From a virus, in the IMG/VR virus record IMGVR_UViG_3300007512_001108, positions 10,682-74,681 of that record: a DNA stretch of 64,000 nucleotides, one strand, 5' to 3'. Position numbers and translations under genes: made by a program. Below the pieces are notes generated by a model that was not told where the DNA came from, did not search any database, and saw nothing but the letters and a program-made list of their open reading frames with translations. Positions 58,092 through 64,000 of the stretch are shown here, piece after piece (within the stretch, counting starts at the first letter, position 1; every line of letters starts with the position of its first letter).

Positions 58092-60707
58092 TTATATATG
58101 CGTTAAATTTGGACTTCCAGAAGTACTTCCGTAAGGAACACTATAATTATTTGAGTCTGAACTAGAACCTCCGTAATATAACGAATCTGAAGATGGGTCA
58201 GAATGGAAGTGCATTCCAACTGCCATTTTTAAGAAGGTTTTTAGTGGTACTCTATCGAAAGACATTCCTGAATCTATACCAAGAGTCCAACCCCCTGCAA
58301 TATATTGTCCACTAAATCCTCTTGTGTTTGGATGATGATATACTTCCCAATAGTTATATGCCGTTGCTCCTGCACAAATCCCTGCAAGACCTGTTGCTCT
58401 ATAAAATTCTTGTGCGGCGGTATAACCTTCTGCACCCGCTGTTCCTAGAGGAAGTTTTCTTGTATCGTGCTGGATAAGTCCTGCCAAAGTTGTTCCGTCT
58501 GTCAATGATTCAGATACAATTCCATTTCCTTCTAGAATAGTAATAATTTCAGCAGTTAGTCCATTTCCGTTTGTTTGCCCAACCAGTTCACCAAACTCTC
58601 CTCCCGCAGAGGGACCACACCAACCACTTGGAAACATTTCTGGTGTGCTTCGAAGATGCATAACACCAATTGTCATTCCTGCTGTTCCTTGATATACATC
58701 CCACGACAATACTTCTCCACTTGCACCCGATGTATCACCACTAACCTGAATACCAACAGGAAAACTTCCAGCAGTTAAACTTGGTCCTCGAACAATGAGT
58801 TTACCACCAGTATCTCCATAACAATGATAGTCGGTTGTTGAGCCAGGATTATATCCGAAAAAATATAAATCTCCTGTTGCACTCGCATTTCCATTCTCAC
58901 TTCCTCCAGTAAAGGTAGTTTCACCATTAACCTCCTCAACACCAGTTATTAAAGTTATTGCTGTATTGCTAGCAGTTCCACCAGCAGTTTGAGTTAGTGT
59001 AAAATTTGCTTGTGTTTCATCAGCGATGGTATCGACAGTAGTGGGAAAAATTGTCATATCTAATTCGCCCGCGTCAATTGCGGTTTTACAAGAGATGTAG
59101 AGAGCCTGTGTGGCCTTTCTGACGCTATTAATATCTCTGGTGTTGACTATCCATGTGTGGTCACCTCCATCGGAAGAAGTATCTCCAAAGTTCTTAGTAG
59201 GGTCTGTGTGGAAGGTTACAGTTGAACCATCAGTATTTCTCAATATAAAATTTGTACCATCCTCATCGTCCAAAGCCGCAGTTCCTATAATTGTCGCTGT
59301 AGCGTATGTACTCGCTGCACCAGACCATCCATGCACCGAACCAGGTCCGCTTGCGGGGGAGGTTACTCCATTACTTCTAAGGTCAGTTGTTGATAGCGGT
59401 CTGTAGGGAGAGTAGTGTCCAACAATTGGCATTTCATATGATTGATGTTCACCATGAAACGGTTGGTCACTTTGTAATGATTTTAAAATAGAAACATCAC
59501 CAAATACTTTTAATCCTGCTGGATGAATAAGTTTCTTTAAAACTTCTTTATATGTGTCTAGAGATATTTCTGCCTTTAAAACATAGGAATAATTTTGATA
59601 ATAGTTTCCGTCTTGAAGTTTCTTATTAGAACTTAATTTACCATCATTATTTTTATAATATCCCGGATATTTAATAAGTGCTTGTGGATTCATCGTTGCG
59701 GTTGCTGTACCATCCCCTCCTTCAAAAACTACATTTAAAGGTTCTACATAATTAACTCCAGCATTATCAACAACTGCTCCTTTAACTGCACCCTTTAGAG
59801 AAACATCTAAAACTCTACCAGTTCCCCCTTCCCCCATATCTGTGGTATTTTTTTCAAAGTTTTCGTCTGGTTTTGCTTTATCACCTATACTGTAACCACT
59901 TCCTTCATTTGTTATTACTAAATTAGAAAAAAGTCCATATATAATTTCTGTAATTTCTGTACCATCAGATAATATACACCTTAGAGTTTCTCCAGATTTA
60001 AATTCTCCAACAATATTATTAATAAACAGTTCAGTAACTTCGTGGGCACCAATATTATATTGATGCACTCTATAACATCTAGCGGACGCATCTACTTGTC
60101 CTGTACCCGAATTAATTTGTTCTATTTTTGTATTTGCTATTTTAAAATTTTTAGTACCATTTAAACTAGTAACTTTAATTGCTTCTTCTTCTGTCCATTG
60201 TCCTGACGATGCTCTTAATATATCCTTTTTTGGATAATAGAAATCACAAGCACTGTCATATAATAGACGAAACAAAAGTTCATATGATTTTTCAGAACCT
60301 TTTGTCTGATAAAAATCTTTTATATTTTTTAACATAGTTGTTTCATCAACTACATTTCCGTCTATGTCTGTTGCTAACTTTTCTGGAAAGTTTAAAAGAA
60401 ATTGTCTTTTAAAATGAATAACATATTCATCAATGGTTTTATCAATATCAGAAATGTCTTGGAGCATTTGTGTTCTACCAAATACATTTACTTTTTGTTC
60501 CAACCACTCATAATACGCTTGGATAAAATTTACAAATAATGGATGTTCTGCTTCAACAAATTCTGGCAACTGATTAGGAATGTGGGGTGATATTCCATCA
60601 ACAACTGAAAGTGTTTCTGGTGCAAATGTTGCACCAATCTTTTCTTCTAGAGAATAATAAGGACCAGTTCCTGTATCACCTATTCTTAGTAGCAGACTTA
60701 ATGACAT
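58092..60707 (-). CDS. gp7: Baseplate wedge subunit gp7-like
   Basis: QLPEFV...HP.FV.F..AYYEWLE, IKDFY..KGSE.SY..LFR.LY, LQDGNYYQNYSYV, LIHPAG. Confidence 0.85.
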   Translation of the reverse strand: MSLSLLLRIGDTGTGPYYSLEEKIGATFAPETLSVVDGISPHIPNQLPEFVEAEHPLFVNFIQAYYEWLEQKVNVFGRTQMLQDISDIDKTIDEYVIHFKRQFLLNFPEKLATDIDGNVVDETTMLKNIKDFYQTKGSEKSYELLFRLLYDSACDFYYPKKDILRASSGQWTEEEAIKVTSLNGTKNFKIANTKIEQINSGTGQVDASARCYRVHQYNIGAHEVTELFINNIVGEFKSGETLRCILSDGTEITEIIYGLFSNLVITNEGSGYSIGDKAKPDENFEKNTTDMGEGGTGRVLDVSLKGAVKGAVVDNAGVNYVEPLNVVFEGGDGTATATMNPQALIKYPGYYKNNDGKLSSNKKLQDGNYYQNYSYVLKAEISLDTYKEVLKKLIHPAGLKVFGDVSILKSLQSDQPFHGEHQSYEMPIVGHYSPYRPLSTTDLRSNGVTSPASGPGSVHGWSGAASTYATATIIGTAALDDEDGTNFILRNTDGSTVTFHTDPTKNFGDTSSDGGDHTWIVNTRDINSVRKATQALYISCKTAIDAGELDMTIFPTTVDTIADETQANFTLTQTAGGTASNTAITLITGVEEVNGETTFTGGSENGNASATGDLYFFGYNPGSTTDYHCYGDTGGKLIVRGPSLTAGSFPVGIQVSGDTSGASGEVLSWDVYQGTAGMTIGVMHLRSTPEMFPSGWCGPSAGGEFGELVGQTNGNGLTAEIITILEGNGIVSESLTDGTTLAGLIQHDTRKLPLGTAGAEGYTAAQEFYRATGLAGICAGATAYNYWEVYHHPNTRGFSGQYIAGGWTLGIDSGMSFDRVPLKTFLKMAVGMHFHSDPSSDSLYYGGSSSDSNNYSVPYGSTSGSPNLTHI

Positions 60708-60723
60708 TTAAAATTCTCCTATA

Positions 60724-62625
60724 TCAATATCCACTACTGGTACTGGTTGATTTATTTTCTATAGTATTGGTTGTTCCTACTACAGATTCTTTTCCAAGTT
60801 CTTCTACTTTAATATTTACAGAACTTGAATTAGCAGAATCTATCATTAATAATGTATTTCTACTAGAAATTACATTTAAATCTTTTGATTCAATTGTAAA
60901 TTTTATAAGGGAACTGCTATCGTCTTGTACGGGATTAAAAGATACCAAATTTATAGAACCATTGACATAATCTACTGTTCCGATTTTAGTTATTTTAATT
61001 CTAATTCCTGCCTGTGAGGTGGTATAAATGTTTAGATTTCCATTACCATCATCTAAAATATAAGAATCAACAGAAATTCCATTAGAATCTTTATATTTAA
61101 ATCTGGAACTTGAAACCGTGCCTTCCATATGACCGTCATGCGGGTGATAAATTTCATTATAGAAATTAATTATATAACCTGCTGCCGAACCGATATTAGG
61201 TTCTAATTTTTTTTGTAGTTTTATTTTAGTTTCGTTACTGACTATAGAATCATCCAACCTATCGATTCTTGAACATAATTTTGAATAATAAAAATTATTT
61301 CCAAACTTTTCTAATTTAGAATCCGAATAATCCAATATATCAAGTTTTATTGCTGTCGAAAGTGTTTCTGCACTTATTATAGTTTTAGAAGGGTCAAATG
61401 TAACGGTAGAATCTACTAATATATAAAGATAATCTGGGTCAATTATTTCTGGCAGAATACTTACAATATTATTTCCTTTAAGTATACTAGTTTTAATTGA
61501 TTCTTTTTCTGCAATACTCAAAGATTCTCCAGAATTTGGTTTAATTGAAATAAACACTTTTCCATATTCTGGTGGAATTGCATCTTCTCCTCCATAAACA
61601 AACACAGATTCAACATCACCGTACTGTGTTGCTATAAGAGTTTTATAATCTTCTGTTGTAACTGCTCGGTCTTGTGCTTGATATGAACGAGGAGCATAAT
61701 ATTTAATAGAACTAACTGTTTCTGGAGAACCACCACCTTGAGAGTATGATGTCACATCTACATTTGCATTTGCATCTCCGAGTCCAAATGACCTTCTACT
61801 ATTTCTAACATCATACTTTCCTATGTTATTTGCACCAAATCCAGCCGTTTCTAAATAACTTATAGTTACAACATTTCCGTGAGATGGTTTCTTTCCTACA
61901 ATACCATCTCCAAAATAAACTTCATATCTTCCATCTTCTACTTCCTGTAAGAAATAAACTTCAGAACCAGAAGTTAATCCTGTGTAGTTGGTTGATAAAT
62001 CCCAAGGAGTATAGTATCCTGTGCTATCCGTTGTAGAATTAGAAACCCTAATAAACAAATGAGAGGTATCAAAACTATTAGATGGGATAATAAACTTTGG
62101 ACTAGTTTCTGCGACATTATCAAAAAGAAAACTATTTGTTCTATAAGAACCCTCATATACAGTAGCAGTTGCTCCTGCTAATACACCACCAGAACCTCCT
62201 GTTGCTCCTATGGTAATTACATCTGTGTTTATAAAATTATAAGATTCGTTGTTTTGATTCGTTGCAGAAAATATTGTACCTATAGGAAGAAATGATGGTT
62301 CTGTCCCTGCATCATATGTGATATGAACTTCTGCTCTTGATGCTTTTGTTGAAGATGGTGTGTATCCTAATTCCTTTGCTCTAGAAACTACTGCGTTTCT
62401 TGTTACTGCACTATCCAAGAACATTTCATTTGCAACCATATTCGCATAGAATCCAGAATAGTGTGTATTGTATGATAGAACATCCAAAAGAACGGATAGT
62501 GCCGCACCATCAAAGTCATAATCTTTGAATTGGTTTTGACCTCTTAAATAGGTTTTTAGATTTTCTTTTATTTCAAAAAAGTCTAGTTCTGTTATTGGTG
62601 TATTTAAATTTCCGCCTGTTGCCAT
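60724..62625 (-). CDS. gp6: Baseplate wedge subunit gp6
   Basis: ELDF..IK.NLK.YL, DYDFDG, LLDVLSYNTHY, ANEMFLDSA, YEVYFGDG, QDRAVT..DY, PPEYGKVFI. Confidence 0.96.
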   Translation of the reverse strand: MATGGNLNTPITELDFFEIKENLKTYLRGQNQFKDYDFDGAALSVLLDVLSYNTHYSGFYANMVANEMFLDSAVTRNAVVSRAKELGYTPSSTKASRAEVHITYDAGTEPSFLPIGTIFSATNQNNESYNFINTDVITIGATGGSGGVLAGATATVYEGSYRTNSFLFDNVAETSPKFIIPSNSFDTSHLFIRVSNSTTDSTGYYTPWDLSTNYTGLTSGSEVYFLQEVEDGRYEVYFGDGIVGKKPSHGNVVTISYLETAGFGANNIGKYDVRNSRRSFGLGDANANVDVTSYSQGGGSPETVSSIKYYAPRSYQAQDRAVTTEDYKTLIATQYGDVESVFVYGGEDAIPPEYGKVFISIKPNSGESLSIAEKESIKTSILKGNNIVSILPEIIDPDYLYILVDSTVTFDPSKTIISAETLSTAIKLDILDYSDSKLEKFGNNFYYSKLCSRIDRLDDSIVSNETKIKLQKKLEPNIGSAAGYIINFYNEIYHPHDGHMEGTVSSSRFKYKDSNGISVDSYILDDGNGNLNIYTTSQAGIRIKITKIGTVDYVNGSINLVSFNPVQDDSSSLIKFTIESKDLNVISSRNTLLMIDSANSSSVNIKVEELGKESVVGTTNTIENKSTSTSSGY

Positions 62626-63014
62626 TATCTTGTTCTCTCTAATACCGTTGTTAAGGATAATACTTCTGGTTGATTTTGTATGGAAAATGAAATTGTAACT
62701 TCTATCGCATTATGACCGTGGTTCTCTACAACATCTACACCTAAAAGTTTAATTCTGGGTTCATACGCATTTAAAACATTTTCAATATGAGATTTTAAGA
62801 GAACACCTGTCATCGGAGTAATATTCTCAAATAACAATTCATTTACTCTACCCGAAAGAGATGGTTGAAATGGTCTTTCATATTTATTGGTTAATACCAA
62901 AGACCTAACAGATTTTTTTATTGCTTCTTCATTATACTTTAGCACCAAATCTCCAGACACTGGATGTGCATTGAAATCAAAATCTATATCGATGTATCTT
63001 TTACCTTCTATCAT
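62625..63014 (-). CDS. gp25: Baseplate wedge subunit gp25
   Basis: Y.DIDFDF..HPV.GD, AIKKSVR.LVLT...ERPFQP, LLFE, YEPR, LERTR. Confidence 0.95.
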   Translation of the reverse strand: MIEGKRYIDIDFDFNAHPVSGDLVLKYNEEAIKKSVRSLVLTNKYERPFQPSLSGRVNELLFENITPMTGVLLKSHIENVLNAYEPRIKLLGVDVVENHGHNAIEVTISFSIQNQPEVLSLTTVLERTR

Positions 63015-63033
63015 ATACTATATATACCTACTT

Positions 63034-63678
63034 TTATGATTTTTTGCCAGATTGTTCTTCTAATATAATTTCTATTATATTTCTAGAATTTTCTAAAAAT
63101 GAAGACATTTTAGTTTCATCTACTTCATCTGCTTTCGACCAACTACACCACTGACACATTACATATCCTATAATGTCTTTATTTTTTGTTAATGGAAGAA
63201 AAGAAAATGCTATAACATTACTTGATTGTAAGAATTTTTTACACCAAGAATCTTCTAAACTATCTACCATATGAAATTCTGCATTGTTTTCTTTAAGTAA
63301 ATTTAATCCATCTATACACATTGATATTGGTATGTCTTTCTTTCTGTATAATTCTGAAGAAGTACCTGTAGCAAGAGATTCGTGTGTAAGGGTCATTTTT
63401 GTCATAGAAATTCCATCTAAAAACTGACCTCCATTATGGAATTGAACAATTTGTGTTCTTGCACAATCTGTTTGTACTCTTAATTCTGTAAGACTTTCGT
63501 GTAATCTTGTATGAATATTACAATTAAATCCTTCTGGATAGTCTGTGGGTTTAGAAAATATAGAATGTTTTTTTATTTTATTATGATAAGGAAGAACAAA
63601 CATAATAAATCCTGCTATTATCGCTGCAAGAGCCATTCCTACTGTTACCAATGATTCGAATGTATCGAGATTTTGCAT
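63034..63678 (-). CDS. Single-TM plus GAF-like protein, candidate T4 gp t-type holin
   Basis: One hydrophobic helix (res. ~10-30) followed by a soluble domain (QFHNGG, FLPL....IIGYVMCQW); 214 aa; late motif upstream. Confidence 0.45.
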   Translation of the reverse strand: MQNLDTFESLVTVGMALAAIIAGFIMFVLPYHNKIKKHSIFSKPTDYPEGFNCNIHTRLHESLTELRVQTDCARTQIVQFHNGGQFLDGISMTKMTLTHESLATGTSSELYRKKDIPISMCIDGLNLLKENNAEFHMVDSLEDSWCKKFLQSSNVIAFSFLPLTKNKDIIGYVMCQWCSWSKADEVDETKMSSFLENSRNIIEIILEEQSGKKS

Positions 63679-63720
63679 TTTCTTTATTGTTCCTTAAAAA
63701 TTTATGAGGTGTGCTTTATT

Positions 63721-63728
63721 TATTTATA
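63721..63728 (-). promoter_or_regulatory. T4-type late promoter motif
   Basis: Intergenic TATAAATA upstream of the ATG at 63678. Confidence 0.6.
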
Positions 63729-63739
63729 ATCATTGGTTT

Positions 63740-64000
63740 CTAAAATACACTAATACTTTCGGATGATTTGTACTTATTTAATCCAATATCATCTGCTGTT
63801 GAACCGAACCATGTAAATGGAGTTGGTACTCCATTTCCTATACCAGTAAAAGTTGCAGTTGGAGTAAAGTCAAAGTTGGCTGCATCGGTGTAATTTGGAT
63901 TGGTTGCGGAAATATAGTTATACATTGAAAGGTGGTCGGTTGCACCAACAAATTTCTCACCAGCACTGTTTCCATAAAATGCGTTATTATAGTGCCTTGA
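63740..64000 (-). CDS. C-terminal end of a probable structural protein (partial)
   Basis: The frame is open to the window edge: SRHYNNAFYGNSAGEKFVGATDHLSMYNYISATNPNYTDAANFDFTP...; the ORF-track start at 63925 is an internal Met. Confidence 0.55.
   Translation of the reverse strand, partial: SRHYNNAFYGNSAGEKFVGATDHLSMYNYISATNPNYTDAANFDFTPTATFTGIGNGVPTPFTWFGSTADDIGLNKYKSSESISVF

Noticed and set aside
33573-64000. G-x-T motifs as collagen-like repeats
   Set aside because: They are mostly isolated or in runs of two or three, not continuous (G-x-y)n tracts, and are Pro-poor, so a triple helix is not supported.

Overview
A 64-kb segment of an AT-rich, T4-like myovirus genome, with essentially all genes on the minus strand. 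The gene order resembles marine T4-likes such as cyanophages and pelagiphages; the host cannot be determined from this window. In transcription order (right to left) it holds a holin-like TM+GAF gene, baseplate genes gp25-gp6-gp7-gp8, a VrlC/DUF4815-like protein and five fibre/spike-like genes. Neck, packaging, tail and head genes gp13-gp23 follow, then gp3, uvsY, dCMP deaminase, uvsW, gp55, gp47/gp46 with two DNA methyltransferases, and RNase H. The gp45-gp44-gp62-regA block is interleaved with gmd, fcl, groES and an NDP-sugar epimerase. It is followed by a tightly coupled run of glycosyltransferase-like and SAM-methyltransferase genes. The main hypothesis is a phage-encoded virion glycosylation system. 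It combines GDP-fucose synthesis and several GTs behind T4 late-promoter motifs with a G-x-[S/T](rarely C)-small motif concentrated in loops and extensions of most outer virion proteins but scarce in the enzymes. All annotations come from by-eye motif recognition; no database searches were run.
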